DNA from: Planctomycetota bacterium | GTDB taxonomy: Bacteria > Planctomycetota > B15-G4 | Length of the DNA stretch: 64,000 nt | NCBI GenBank assembly: GCA_029259695.1 | Contig: JAJDEQ010000062.1 | Location: 4,620 to 68,619, forward strand | Direction: 5' to 3' | Part shown: one piece after another, positions 9,533-19,642 of the stretch | Layout of the letters: each line of letters opens with the position of its first letter | How positions within the stretch are numbered: the first letter of the stretch is position 1 | The notes under the pieces: model-generated | Databases searched by the model: none | What the model was told of the DNA's origin: nothing | The model's input: only the letters and a program-made list of their open reading frames with translations | Made by a program: the position numbers and the translations under genes

Positions 9533-11095
9533 ATGGCTCGGCGTCGTGAGTCCTGTCGTACGCGCATCGTCGCCACCATCGGCCCGGCCTGCAGCTCGAA
9601 GGCGCGCTTGCGCGAACTGGTGCGCGCGGGTGTCGACGTCTTCCGGCTGAATTTCTCGCACGGCACGGCGGATCAACATCGCCAGTACGTGAAGGACATC
9701 CGCAGCATCTCGAAGGAGCTGGGCACGGGCGTTGCGATCCTGCAGGACCTGCCGGGCCCCAAGCTGCGCGTGGGTGCGATCGACGGCAGCGTGGCGCGCT
9801 TGCGCACCGGGTCGAAGGTCACCCTGTGCGAGGGTCGGCGCACGGGGGATGCCGAGCGGCTCTTCGTGCAGACGTCCGGCGCCCTGCGGCGAGTCGGTGT
9901 GGGCAAGATCGTCCGCCTGGCGGATGGGCACATCGACCTCAAGGTGCTCAGTCGTCGTGACGGCGAGCTGCTCTGTCGTGTGCTGAACGGTGGCACGCTG
10001 CGCGCCAGCCAGGGGCTCCACCTTCCGGGCGGCACGGCAGGCGTGCGCGCCTTCACCCGCCAGGACCGTGCGCACCTCGAGCTCGGCCTGGAACTGGGCG
10101 TGGATGCGGTGGCGATCTCGTTCGTGCGCGACGCCGAGGACATCCGGCGCGTGTGGAAGTTCACCCAGGCTCGGGGTGCGCGGCCCTTCGTGATCGCGAA
10201 GATCGAGCGTACCGAGGCCATGGCGAATCTCGACGAGATCCTCGACGTGTGCAGCGGCGTCATGGTGGCGCGTGGTGATCTGGGCATCGAGCTGGGCGTG
10301 GAGAGCGTGCCCCTGGCGCAGAAGCGCATCACCCGGGCGGCACTGCGTCGCCACCGCCCGGTGATCACCGCCACCCAGATGCTGGAGAGCATGATCGAAC
10401 GTCCGCACCCGACCCGGGCGGAGGTCTCGGATATCGCCAACGCGGTCCTCGAGGGCACCGATGCGCTGATGCTGTCGGGCGAGACGGCGGTGGGCCGGTA
10501 CCCCGGGAGTGCGGTGGCGACGCTCGTGCGCGTGGCGCGCGAATTGGAAGGCGCACCCAGTCAATCGCGGCTGGTGGACCAGCGCCTGGATCCCGCGGGG
10601 GGGCCTGAGCGGCCGGCCGAGGCGACGTCCCGGGCGGCCCGGGTCGCGGCTCGCTCGGTCCAGGCCGAGGCCATGGTGGCCTTCACCCACTCCGGACGCA
10701 CGGTGCGCCTCGTTTCGAGCCAGCGCCCGCAACGCCGGCTGATCGGGGTCACACCCAACGTCGACACGTGGCGCCGCATGCGCTTCTTCTGGGGCGTGGA
10801 ACCCATGCTGGTTCCCCGTTCGAAGTCGGTGACCGAGATGATCGCCGACGCCGAGCAGCGCATGCGGGAGAACCGGAAGGTGCGGCTCGGCGCGATGGTC
10901 GTGATCGTCTGCGGCGAGAGTGTCGTGAGCGGCGGCACCAACACCATGCGCATCCACCGCATGGGTCAGTTCACGAGCGGCCGCAAGACGTCCAAGCGCA
11001 CGAGCGCGACCAAGTCCAAGTCGACCAAGGCCAAGTCGACCAAGGCCAAGCCGACCAAGGCCAGGTCCGCGAACACCGGGTCCGGCCGCTCGTAG
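9533..11095 (+). CDS. pyk: Pyruvate kinase with basic repetitive C-terminal tail
   Basis: IVATIGPA, RLNFSHG, AKIER, MVARGDLG, ATQMLESM, DALMLSGETA. Confidence 0.95.
   Translation: MARRRESCRTRIVATIGPACSSKARLRELVRAGVDVFRLNFSHGTADQHRQYVKDIRSISKELGTGVAILQDLPGPKLRVGAIDGSVARLRTGSKVTLCEGRRTGDAERLFVQTSGALRRVGVGKIVRLADGHIDLKVLSRRDGELLCRVLNGGTLRASQGLHLPGGTAGVRAFTRQDRAHLELGLELGVDAVAISFVRDAEDIRRVWKFTQARGARPFVIAKIERTEAMANLDEILDVCSGVMVARGDLGIELGVESVPLAQKRITRAALRRHRPVITATQMLESMIERPHPTRAEVSDIANAVLEGTDALMLSGETAVGRYPGSAVATLVRVARELEGAPSQSRLVDQRLDPAGGPERPAEATSRAARVAARSVQAEAMVAFTHSGRTVRLVSSQRPQRRLIGVTPNVDTWRRMRFFWGVEPMLVPRSKSVTEMIADAEQRMRENRKVRLGAMVVIVCGESVVSGGTNTMRIHRMGQFTSGRKTSKRTSATKSKSTKAKSTKAKPTKARSANTGSGRS
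11007..11066 (+). repeat. 4 x 15-bp tandem repeat in the pyk 3' end encoding TK(S/A)(K/R)(S/P)
   Basis: cgaccaagtccaagt / cgaccaaggccaagt / cgaccaaggccaagc / cgaccaaggccaggt. Confidence 0.9.
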
Positions 11096-11122
11096 ACATC
11101 ACGCTCGCGCGGCCCGGCCGTC

Positions 11123-12238
11123 TCAGTTCGGTGTGTGGAAGTAGCGCGCGAGGGCGAGGCCCTGGCCCTGGTAAGCGGAGCCGGCTTCGCCGTAGAGCCG
11201 GCGGCAGGGCTCCACGGTGCGCGAGAACTGCAGCCTGAAGATGGGCTGGCCGTGTTCGACCTGGAACGGGACGTCGTGCGGCCGCACCTCCAGCACGGCG
11301 CGGGCGCCGTGCTCCGTCCAGCCGAAGCCGCTGTCGAAGAAGCCGGCGTAGTTGGTGCGCAGCTCGCCCATGCCGACATCCCAGGCGAGCATCTCCGCCG
11401 CGAGGTCGGGGGGCACGCGCAGCCGCTGGGCCGACGCCAGGATGTAGAAGGACTCCGGATGGAGGACCAGCGCGCCGTCGGCATCGGGCTGGACCGCGTC
11501 GAAGAACTCGAGCGGCGCGTGGCCCGCGGCCTGGGCCAGGTCGAGGACGGGGGCGTCGTCGCGCGCGCGCCAGCCGATGGGGGCACCGGGGCGCTCCGGG
11601 CGGAGCGAGAGGCCCAGCAGCAGCGAGGATGCGTGCACGCTCAGAGCGTCCTCGGGCAACGGGGAGCCGGGCTCGTCGGACAACACGAGGCGGTCGTCCC
11701 GCAGGCGGCGCCGCAGGTCCTCGTCGCTGAGCAGCACCGCCTGCGCGGTGCCGCGGACGAAGCGGACCTGGTTGAGTCGCTGTCCGGTGGTCACGCGGAT
11801 GTCGAACGAGCGGGGGACCACCTCGAGCCAGATCGCCCCGTGGTAGCCGGCCGGGATGTCGTCGAATCGACCGTGGCCGTCCACGACGGTGCGGGTGAAG
11901 ACGTCGATGCGCCCGGTGGAGGAGCGCGGGTTGGCGCGGGCGGAGACCTGGTCGGGCAGCCGCAGTTCCTCCAGCAGTCGCACGAGGTAGACGCAGCCCC
12001 GCGTCAGGAGCGCACCGCCGCGGAGGTCGAGGCGCTCGATGATCAGCGGGTCCGCACGGTCGGCCACGGAACCGGCTCCGGGCAGGAATCCGGCGCGGAT
12101 TGCAAGGGCCTCCGTGCCCAGGCGCAGGTCGAGGCTGGCCGGTTGGCGCTGGACGTCGTCCCACGGGCGCTGGGCGTGGACTGCCCCGCTCTCGAGCAGC
12201 TCGTCGATCTGGAGGTGGGTGAGAATGCCGGCGTTCAC
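11123..12238 (-). CDS. dcd: 2'-deoxycytidine 5'-triphosphate deaminase (long two-domain DCD type)
   Basis: [58 protein letters not shown]; GTG start chosen. Confidence 0.85.
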   Translation of the reverse strand: MNAGILTHLQIDELLESGAVHAQRPWDDVQRQPASLDLRLGTEALAIRAGFLPGAGSVADRADPLIIERLDLRGGALLTRGCVYLVRLLEELRLPDQVSARANPRSSTGRIDVFTRTVVDGHGRFDDIPAGYHGAIWLEVVPRSFDIRVTTGQRLNQVRFVRGTAQAVLLSDEDLRRRLRDDRLVLSDEPGSPLPEDALSVHASSLLLGLSLRPERPGAPIGWRARDDAPVLDLAQAAGHAPLEFFDAVQPDADGALVLHPESFYILASAQRLRVPPDLAAEMLAWDVGMGELRTNYAGFFDSGFGWTEHGARAVLEVRPHDVPFQVEHGQPIFRLQFSRTVEPCRRLYGEAGSAYQGQGLALARYFHTPN

Positions 12239-12261
12239 TGCGTCCTGGTTCCGTCCTGTCC

Positions 12262-12290
12262 TTGACCCCCCGGTGGGGCACCAGTAAACC
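12262..12290 (+). promoter_or_regulatory. Sigma70-type promoter directly before the sucC start (possibly leaderless)
   Basis: TTGACC-17 bp-TAAACC, 7 nt before ATG 12298; no SD; -10 imperfect. Confidence 0.45.
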
Positions 12291-12297
12291 TCCCCGG

Positions 12298-13467
12298 ATG
12301 AAGATTCACGAGTACCAGGCGAAGGAGCTCTTCCGGCAGGCCGGCGTCCCCGTCCCCAGGGGCGTGTTGGCCGTGACACCGGACGAGGCGGCGGCAGCCT
12401 ACGCAGAGCTCGGTGGTGAGCTGGCGGTCGTCAAGGCCCAGATCCACGCGGGCGGTCGCGGCAAGGGCGGCGGCGTGAAACTCGTGCGCTCGGCGGACGA
12501 AGCGCGCGAGGCGGCGGCGGCCATGATCGGCGCCCCGTTGATCACGCCTCAGACCGGGCCGGAGGGGCAGGTCGTCAAGCGCGTGCTGGTGGAGGCGGGG
12601 ACCGACATCGCCCACGAGTACTACGCCGGCATCACGGTCGATCGCGCCTGCGGACGTCCCACCCTCATGGTGAGCACCGAGGGCGGGATGGACATCGAGA
12701 AGGTCGCGGCCGAGACCCCCGAGAAGATCCTCACCGAGGCGCTCGACCCGGAGATCGGCCTGCGCTCGTACCAGGCGCGACGCCTGGCGTACTCGCTGGG
12801 GCTGCCGGGCGGCAGCATCCGTGCGGCCGCCGGGGTGATGCAGGCGATGGGCCGGTTGTTCCTGGCCACCGACGCGTCGCTGATGGAGATCAACCCGCTG
12901 GTGCTCGACAACGCGGGAGAGATCATCGCGCTCGACGCCAAGATGAACTTCGACGACAACGCCCTCTTCCGGCATCCCGAGATCGTCGAGCTGCGCGACC
13001 GGGACGAAGAGGATGCGCGCGAGGCCGAGGCCGAGGAGGCCGGGCTCAACTACATCGCGTTGGACGGCAGCATCGGCTGCATGGTGAACGGCGCGGGCCT
13101 GGCCATGGGCACCATGGACACGATCCAGCTCGCGGGTGGGAAACCAGCCAACTTCCTCGACGTGGGTGGCGGGGCCACCGCCGAGCAGGTCACGGCGGCC
13201 TTCAAGATCATCCTCAGCGATCCCCATGTGGAGGCGATCCTGGTCAACATCTTCGGCGGGATCATGAAGTGCGACGTGATCGCCGAAGGCATCCTGGCCG
13301 CGGCCAAGGAAGTGGACATCTCCGTGCCGCTGGTGGTGCGCCTGGAGGGCACCAACGTGGAGCGGGGTCGCGATCTGCTCGAGGGTTCGGGCATCGACAT
13401 CATCACGGCGTCCGATCTGGCCGACGCCGCCGCCAAGGCCGTGGAAGCGGCGGGAGCAGAGGCATGA
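12298..13467 (+). CDS. sucC: Succinyl-CoA synthetase beta subunit
   Basis: [53 protein letters not shown]. Confidence 0.97.
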   Translation: MKIHEYQAKELFRQAGVPVPRGVLAVTPDEAAAAYAELGGELAVVKAQIHAGGRGKGGGVKLVRSADEAREAAAAMIGAPLITPQTGPEGQVVKRVLVEAGTDIAHEYYAGITVDRACGRPTLMVSTEGGMDIEKVAAETPEKILTEALDPEIGLRSYQARRLAYSLGLPGGSIRAAAGVMQAMGRLFLATDASLMEINPLVLDNAGEIIALDAKMNFDDNALFRHPEIVELRDRDEEDAREAEAEEAGLNYIALDGSIGCMVNGAGLAMGTMDTIQLAGGKPANFLDVGGGATAEQVTAAFKIILSDPHVEAILVNIFGGIMKCDVIAEGILAAAKEVDISVPLVVRLEGTNVERGRDLLEGSGIDIITASDLADAAAKAVEAAGAEA

Positions 13468-14363
13468 GCATCCTGGTCGACAAGGACACGCGTGTCCTCA
13501 CGCAGGGCATGACCGGGAAGACCGGCATGTTCCACACGCGCCAGGCGATCGAGTACGGCACCAAGGTGGTGGCCGGCGTGACGCCCAACAAGGGTGGCGG
13601 GACCGAGCTGGGTGTGCCGCTGTTCGACACCGTGGCCGAGGCCGTCTCGGAGACGGGGGCCAACGCGTCGGTGATCTACGTCCCGCCGCCGTTCGCTGCC
13701 GACGCGATCCTGGAGGCCGCGGGAGCGGGCGTGCCCCTGGTGGTGTGCATCACCGAGGGCATCCCGGTGGTGGACATGATGCGCGTCATGCGTGAACTGG
13801 AACGCTCCGACACGCGCCTGGTGGGTCCCAACTGTCCCGGCGTGATCACGCCCGGCGAGTGCAAGATCGGCATCATGCCCGGCTACATCCACCGGCACGG
13901 CAAGGTGGGGGTGCTGAGTCGCAGCGGCACGCTCACCTACGAGGCGGTGTGGCAGCTCACGACGCTGGGTCTCGGGCAGAGCACGTGCGTGGGCATCGGC
14001 GGCGACCCGGTGGCGGGCACCGACTTCATCGACGTGCTGGCCCTGTTCCAGGCCGACCCGGACACGGATGCCGTGGTCATGATCGGGGAGATCGGGGGCA
14101 CGGCCGAAGAGCAGGCCGCCGAGTACATCCGCGATCACATGACCAAGCCGGTGGCGGGCTTCATCGCGGGCATCACCGCGCCCCCGGGCAAACGCATGGG
14201 CCATGCCGGGGCGATCATCTCGGGTGGTTCCGGGACGGCCCAGGACAAGATCGCCGCCCTGGTCGAGGCCGGAGTGACCATGGCCGAGACGCCGGCGGGC
14301 ATCGGAGCGGCCATGGCCGAGGCGCTCCAGGAGGCGGGCATGATGGCCCGCGCATCGGAGTAG
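13464..14363 (+). CDS. sucD: Succinyl-CoA synthetase alpha subunit
   Basis: [35 protein letters not shown] (phospho-His). Confidence 0.97.
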   Translation: MSILVDKDTRVLTQGMTGKTGMFHTRQAIEYGTKVVAGVTPNKGGGTELGVPLFDTVAEAVSETGANASVIYVPPPFAADAILEAAGAGVPLVVCITEGIPVVDMMRVMRELERSDTRLVGPNCPGVITPGECKIGIMPGYIHRHGKVGVLSRSGTLTYEAVWQLTTLGLGQSTCVGIGGDPVAGTDFIDVLALFQADPDTDAVVMIGEIGGTAEEQAAEYIRDHMTKPVAGFIAGITAPPGKRMGHAGAIISGGSGTAQDKIAALVEAGVTMAETPAGIGAAMAEALQEAGMMARASE

Positions 14364-14609
14364 GGCCCGGGCAGGTCGGGCCCCGGGGAGGGCCGCGCAG
14401 GCTCGGTCCCGGGCCGGGGAGGGCCGCAGGAGCCCGGGTCGACGGGCTCGGGGTCCATCGCTCCGCATGCGACCAGGCTCAGGTCGTGGTGCAATTGTGT
14501 CGACGGAGCCGCAGGGCGTGGGAGAATCGGCCGCAGGCTTGGTTCCCCGGGTGCCGCCGGCCCCGCCGTCCTATACCGTATGGGTTCCTGACCGCCTCGG
14601 AGGCACGCC

Positions 14610-14837
14610 GTGTCCACTCCCAACGTCGTCCTGGTGCTCGGTCTCCCGGGCGGGATGGAGATGCTGGTCATCCTGCTGGTCGTCCTGATCTTCTTCGGAC
14701 ACCGCATCCCCGGCCTCGCTCGCTCGCTCGGCTCGGGCATCACCGAGTTCAAATCGGGTCTGAAGGACGGCGAGAAGCAACTGCAGGACGGTGTGGACGA
14801 GGCGTCTCGCGACGAGTCGCCTTCACAGAGCGCCTGA
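14610..14837 (+). CDS. tatA: Twin-arginine translocase TatA/E subunit
   Basis: GGMEMLVILLVVLIFFG..IPGLARSLGSGITEFKSG; GGAGG SD. Confidence 0.9.
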   Translation: MSTPNVVLVLGLPGGMEMLVILLVVLIFFGHRIPGLARSLGSGITEFKSGLKDGEKQLQDGVDEASRDESPSQSA

Positions 14838-14895
14838 GATCCTCCCGCCGTCTGCCGGGCCCCGCCCGGCGACCTGAGCCGAGGGGGCACGGAGC

Positions 14896-15504
14896 ATGAG
14901 CGGCCCCCCTCTGCCGCCGATCACGGTGCTCGTGCTGGCCGGCGGCGCTGCTCGGCGCATGGGCGGCAGCAAGGCGGACCTGCGGATCGGGGCGCGAACG
15001 CTCCTCGAACACGCCTTGGCCCTGGCGGCAGGGGTTTCCCGGCACACGCTCTTGCTGCCCGGCCAGCGGCCTCTCACGCCCCCTGATGGGGTCCCCGTGG
15101 TGGCCGACTGGGGAGCGGGAGACAACGGGCCGCTCGGGGCGCTGGCGGCGGGCCTTGCCGCGGCGCCCACCGAATGGGTGCTGCTGCTGCCCTGCGACAT
15201 GCCCTTCATGAGCGTTGCGGTCGTCGAGGTGCTACGTTGCCGGGCAGCCGTCACCGACCGCAGGGTCGTGGCGTTCCGGACCCGTGGCGGGCTCGAGCCC
15301 TTCGCGGGCCTGTATCACCAGGCCCTGACCCCGGCCGTGCTGTCCCTGCTGGAGTCCGGACGGCGGTCCCTGAAGGGCCTGCTCGACGGCCAGGACGTGG
15401 AAACCATCGACGCGAACGAGTTGCTCCCCCTGGACCCGGGGCTGCGCTTTCTGCACAACGTGAACACACCGGGCGACCTCGAAGCCGCCCGCGCCGAGGA
15501 GTGA
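14896..15504 (+). CDS. mobA: Molybdenum cofactor guanylyltransferase
   Basis: LAGGAARRMGGSKA, GPLGAL, PCDMPF, NVNTPGD. Confidence 0.9.
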   Translation: MSGPPLPPITVLVLAGGAARRMGGSKADLRIGARTLLEHALALAAGVSRHTLLLPGQRPLTPPDGVPVVADWGAGDNGPLGALAAGLAAAPTEWVLLLPCDMPFMSVAVVEVLRCRAAVTDRRVVAFRTRGGLEPFAGLYHQALTPAVLSLLESGRRSLKGLLDGQDVETIDANELLPLDPGLRFLHNVNTPGDLEAARAEE

Positions 15505-15508
15505 GCGC

Positions 15509-16489
15509 ATGAGCCTGGCGGAAGCCGCCGACATCGTCGAACCGATCCGGGCCTCGATGGCCGAGACCGAGCAGGAACTGGCCCAGCTGTTCGATGCCGA
15601 CACACCGGCCATCGAAGCGCTGAGCGAGCACGTCCAGCGCTTCTCCGGCAAGCGCCTGCGGCCGATGCTGGTGCACCTGTGCGGCGGCATGGTCGGCGAA
15701 CGCAGCCACGAGCACGCCAAGATCGGGGCCTTCATCGAGACCCTGCACATGGCCTCGCTGATGCACGACGACGTGCTCGACGAGGCCGACACCCGCCGCC
15801 AGGTCACGACCCTCAACTCGCTCTACGGCAACCAGGTGCCGATCCTGATGGGGGACCTGGTCTTCGCGCGGGCGTTCTCGTTGTCGCTGGCGCTGAGCCG
15901 CCCCGAGGGCGCGCGCACCCTGGCCCACGCGTCCGAGGCGATCTGCCTGGGCGAGATCGAGCAGTCGTTCCTGCGCTACACGCGCGAGTACGACGAGGGT
16001 GCGTACTTCAAGGTCATCCAGCTCAAGACCGCGGTGCTGTTCGGCGCGGCTTGCAAGCTCGGGGCGCTGTACGCCGGTGGCAACGACGAACAGGTCGAAG
16101 CGTTGAAGGAGTTCGGTGAGAACCTGGGCATGGCGTTCCAGATCATCGACGACTGTCTCGACGTGGTCGGCGACGAACGCATCGTGGGCAAGTCGCTTGG
16201 GACCGACCTCGAGACGGGGAAGGTGACCCTGCCCATCATCCGTCTGGCCGACACGCTCGACGAGGCGGACCAGGATCGCCTGCGCGACGTGCTCTACGGT
16301 GAGGTCGCTGGCCGCCGCCGGGACGTGCTGGCCGAGACCTTCGAGATCGCCCCGATCGTCGAGCGCTGCCAGGCCGAGGCGGACGCGTACCTGCAGCGCT
16401 GCCGTGACATCCTCGACGGTTTCGACGACTGCGCGGAGCACCAGAGCCTCGCCGGTCTGCTCGGCTTCGTCATCGCGCGCCGCCACTAG
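15509..16489 (+). CDS. Long-chain polyprenyl diphosphate synthase (IspB/HepT-like)
   Basis: GKRLRP, ASLMHDDVLD (FARM), KTAVLF, FQIIDDCLD (SARM), GKVTLP. Confidence 0.9.
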   Translation: MSLAEAADIVEPIRASMAETEQELAQLFDADTPAIEALSEHVQRFSGKRLRPMLVHLCGGMVGERSHEHAKIGAFIETLHMASLMHDDVLDEADTRRQVTTLNSLYGNQVPILMGDLVFARAFSLSLALSRPEGARTLAHASEAICLGEIEQSFLRYTREYDEGAYFKVIQLKTAVLFGAACKLGALYAGGNDEQVEALKEFGENLGMAFQIIDDCLDVVGDERIVGKSLGTDLETGKVTLPIIRLADTLDEADQDRLRDVLYGEVAGRRRDVLAETFEIAPIVERCQAEADAYLQRCRDILDGFDDCAEHQSLAGLLGFVIARRH

Positions 16490-16500
16490 GCAGGACCCCC

Positions 16501-17385
16501 GTGGCGTTTCGACCGAATTGGTACGACGACGAGTCCCGTCCGCGCCGTGGAGGCGGATGGCCGGGAGCGATGCGGTCATGGTCGGGTGTGAAGACCGTGC
16601 TGGTCTTCACGGCGGTGGCCTTCGTCCTCGATCAGTTGCTGCGCGTGTCGTCACGCGACGTGTGGTCCATGACCGATTGGTTCGGGTTGCGGGCGCGCTG
16701 GCCCGGCGACGGCTTCACGTTCAACCTGTTCTTCGTGCCGCAGCTCGTCACCTACGGCCTGGTACACGCCGACTTCGGGCACATCTTCTGGAACATGATC
16801 GGCCTGTGGATCTTCGGGGCCGAGACCGATGCCACGCAGGGTCGCGCCTCGTTCCTGCGCTTCTACATCGGGGCCGTCGTCTTCGCGGGCCTCGTGTACT
16901 GGCTGTTGGGGATCACCGGTGTGCTCAGCCCGTTCACGCCCGTGGTGGGTGCGTCGGGCGGCGTCTCGGCGTTGCTGGTCTACTTCGTGCTGCGTGATCC
17001 GCACCGGATGATCATGCTGATCTTTCCGCCGGTGCCGATCCCGGCCTGGCTGCTGGGCGGTGTCTTCCTGTTCCCGGACATGATCGGCTTCGCGCGACAG
17101 CTCCAGACGGGGGGAGCGGGCGGCGGGTCCGCGCACCAGGCGCACCTGGCCGGCGCCGTGTTCGGCTACCTGTGGTTCCGGCATGGCGATTTCATCGCCC
17201 GTTGGGGTACGCGCCGGAAGATCGAGAAGCAGGTCGTCAACCTGGAGAAGGTGGACGACAACCGGCGCGAGATGGATCGCATCCTGGCCAAGATCCAGGC
17301 CTCGGGATTATCGTCCCTGGACAAGAAGGAGAAGTCCTTCCTCGAGCAGCGCAGCCAGGAGTTCCGGAAAGGGAAGCGTTCGTGA
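16501..17385 (+). CDS. Rhomboid intramembrane serine protease with C-terminal helical (DUF6576-like) domain
   Basis: H..FGHIFWNM, GASGG catalytic Ser, AHQAHLAG His; C-terminal 'DRILAKIQASGLSSL..KEK.FL'. Confidence 0.88.
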   Translation: MAFRPNWYDDESRPRRGGGWPGAMRSWSGVKTVLVFTAVAFVLDQLLRVSSRDVWSMTDWFGLRARWPGDGFTFNLFFVPQLVTYGLVHADFGHIFWNMIGLWIFGAETDATQGRASFLRFYIGAVVFAGLVYWLLGITGVLSPFTPVVGASGGVSALLVYFVLRDPHRMIMLIFPPVPIPAWLLGGVFLFPDMIGFARQLQTGGAGGGSAHQAHLAGAVFGYLWFRHGDFIARWGTRRKIEKQVVNLEKVDDNRREMDRILAKIQASGLSSLDKKEKSFLEQRSQEFRKGKRS

Positions 17386-17434
17386 CCCTCCGGGCTCGAA
17401 GGTCTTCGCTCCGCAACACGGGAACACGCGAGTC

Positions 17435-19561
17435 ATGACGAGAACGCTCCTGCGCCAGGCGATCCTGGTCCTGTTGGTGGCCGCTGGTCTCAACGCCGCC
17501 GCCGCCGCCCAGTCCGACTACGGCATGCCCGAGGCACTGCTGCCCTTCTGGGATGACTACAAGGCAGCCCGGGCCGAGGATGACGAGAAGGCCATGGACG
17601 GCGCCGCCCGGCGCCAGTCCAACCTGGCCGACCGCACGCTCAACTACTTGATCGAACGCTTCTGCCTGTCCACGTCGGAGGACTACGAACTCGAGGGCGA
17701 GCTGCGCCAGCTCGGGTGGAGCCTCGACCGGGTGCTCGGCGGCGAGGAGAAGTACATCGAGCGCGTGCGCCTGGTGGTCAACCTCGACGTCCCGGCACGC
17801 CGCCGCAGGGTGGTGGCCATGAACCAGTTCTTCGAGGGCATCGCGAAGTTCCGCGAGGCGCGCTTCAGTCGCGATGCCGCGGGGTTGGCCGCGGCCGAGA
17901 AGCTGTTCCTCGGCGCCGGCCGGGCGCTGCGCGAACTGCCCGACCGCGAGTACTCGATCTACTGCTTCTACAACCTGGGTGAGATCGCGCGGTTGCAGGA
18001 GCACTTCGACGACGCCGAGGGCCACTACAAGACGGTCGTGGAGATCGGCGCGGACCTCGCGTACACCGAGCCCCTGGTCGACACGTCCGAGGGCTACCTC
18101 AGTGACATCGATCGCATGCGCACCGGCGAACCGGACGTCAGCGGCGGCGCCGGTGCTGACGGCGGCGGCGAGGCCGGGGGGGCCGCGGGCGGCGGTGGCG
18201 GGCTGAACAGCTTCGCCGAGGGGTCGACCGACCAGCAGTTCGAGCTGGCCTACGTGATCCCCAAGCGCGGGATGCCGACCACGGACCTGCCGACCTTCTC
18301 GCCGCCCGACCAGTACTTCAACTGGGCCTTCACGACCATCGAGAACGAGGGGCCGGTCGAGTTCGACACCATGCGCGGGCGCTTCACGCCGTTCGGCAAG
18401 TCCGTGCTGTTGACGCGCGACGGAACCGACTTCGCGATCGACTCCGACGGAGACGGGGAAGCGGACGTGGAGTTCGCACCCACGTCACAGCCGACGCGCA
18501 TCGACATCCCGAACGCCGAGGGAGGCGATCCGTACGCCCTGATGGTGGCGATCCCCTCGGACCGTGAGATCCAGTTCGGTGTCGAGGTGAACTACTCACC
18601 GCAGATGAACTTCGCCTACCTGCGCTTCCACATCGGCGGGTACCTGGAAGGCAAGGTGCTGGGCCAGACCTGGCGCCTGTTCGACACGAACCTCACCGGC
18701 AACTACGGCGACGTGTGGGGGAGCTACGCCGAGCACGTCACGTCGACCGGTGAATCGGACGAGATGAACTTCTACGAGGCGGACGCCGTGCACATCGGCA
18801 AAGCCAAGAAGGCTCGTCCGTGGTCCTCGGTGCTCGACATCGACGGCACGTTCTATCGGACCGCGCTCGAGGCCAACGGCACCCAGCTCAAGCTGCGCGA
18901 GATGGACGTCGAGACCGGGTTCATCAAGCTCGACATGGACTCCGCGGTGGCCCCCAACTACCTCCTGGTGCGGGAGACGGGCGAGTTGTTCGACGCGGTC
19001 TTCGACGTCGTGCCGGCCAAGCGCAACGGCGTGGTCGAGGTGCCGGTGGGGACCTACCAGGTCTGCTTCGGCCGCCTCCAACAGGGCAAGAAGACGAGCA
19101 TGAAGATCGTGCGCGTCTACGAGGGTGACGCGCAGCCGTTCGCGGTCACCGCGGGCGAGACCCACGTCCTCGAGCTGGGAGCGCCGTACCGGGTCACGTT
19201 CAACGCGCCCTTCCATGCCGATGACGAGACCGTGCTCGACACCCGCTCGATGCGGGTCTTCGGTCGCGGCGGAGAAGAGTACGCGATGTTCTACGACACG
19301 CCGCTCCAACCCACCGTCGAGGTGCGCACGGTGGCCGGCAAGAAGTTGGCCAAGGCCCAGAAGACGCGCACCGCCGGCATCGAGGAGTGGCAGAACAACA
19401 CGGGCCAGGACAACGTCCTGTGGTTCCCGGTGGAGTACCGCGTGGAGAACCCGCGCCAGGAGGAGCTCCAGTTCCGCATCGAGCAGGGCTCGCACAAGAT
19501 CCTCGGCGGCCCGTTCGACAGTGGCTGGTCGCCCGAGGTCGCGCCCGAATCGGCTCGCTAG
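17435..19561 (+). CDS. Large secreted hypothetical protein (TPR-like N-terminal half, beta-rich C-terminal half)
   Basis: Signal peptide ending AAAAA-Q; TPR-like CFYNLGEIARLQEHFDDAEGHY; Gly linker; DSDGDG motif; coding-like codon bias. Confidence 0.75.
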   Translation: MTRTLLRQAILVLLVAAGLNAAAAAQSDYGMPEALLPFWDDYKAARAEDDEKAMDGAARRQSNLADRTLNYLIERFCLSTSEDYELEGELRQLGWSLDRVLGGEEKYIERVRLVVNLDVPARRRRVVAMNQFFEGIAKFREARFSRDAAGLAAAEKLFLGAGRALRELPDREYSIYCFYNLGEIARLQEHFDDAEGHYKTVVEIGADLAYTEPLVDTSEGYLSDIDRMRTGEPDVSGGAGADGGGEAGGAAGGGGGLNSFAEGSTDQQFELAYVIPKRGMPTTDLPTFSPPDQYFNWAFTTIENEGPVEFDTMRGRFTPFGKSVLLTRDGTDFAIDSDGDGEADVEFAPTSQPTRIDIPNAEGGDPYALMVAIPSDREIQFGVEVNYSPQMNFAYLRFHIGGYLEGKVLGQTWRLFDTNLTGNYGDVWGSYAEHVTSTGESDEMNFYEADAVHIGKAKKARPWSSVLDIDGTFYRTALEANGTQLKLREMDVETGFIKLDMDSAVAPNYLLVRETGELFDAVFDVVPAKRNGVVEVPVGTYQVCFGRLQQGKKTSMKIVRVYEGDAQPFAVTAGETHVLELGAPYRVTFNAPFHADDETVLDTRSMRVFGRGGEEYAMFYDTPLQPTVEVRTVAGKKLAKAQKTRTAGIEEWQNNTGQDNVLWFPVEYRVENPRQEELQFRIEQGSHKILGGPFDSGWSPEVAPESAR

Positions 19562-19642
19562 CCCCGCGGCTGTCCGCCGACTGTTCCCGGCCGACCGGGA
19601 GCCTGCCCCCTTTTCCGGTCCCTTGACCCACCTGGTGTTCAC

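Noticed and set aside
14364-14609. GC-rich hairpins between sucD and tatA as an ncRNA
   Set aside because: Short stems are expected by chance at this GC content; no known RNA motif recognised
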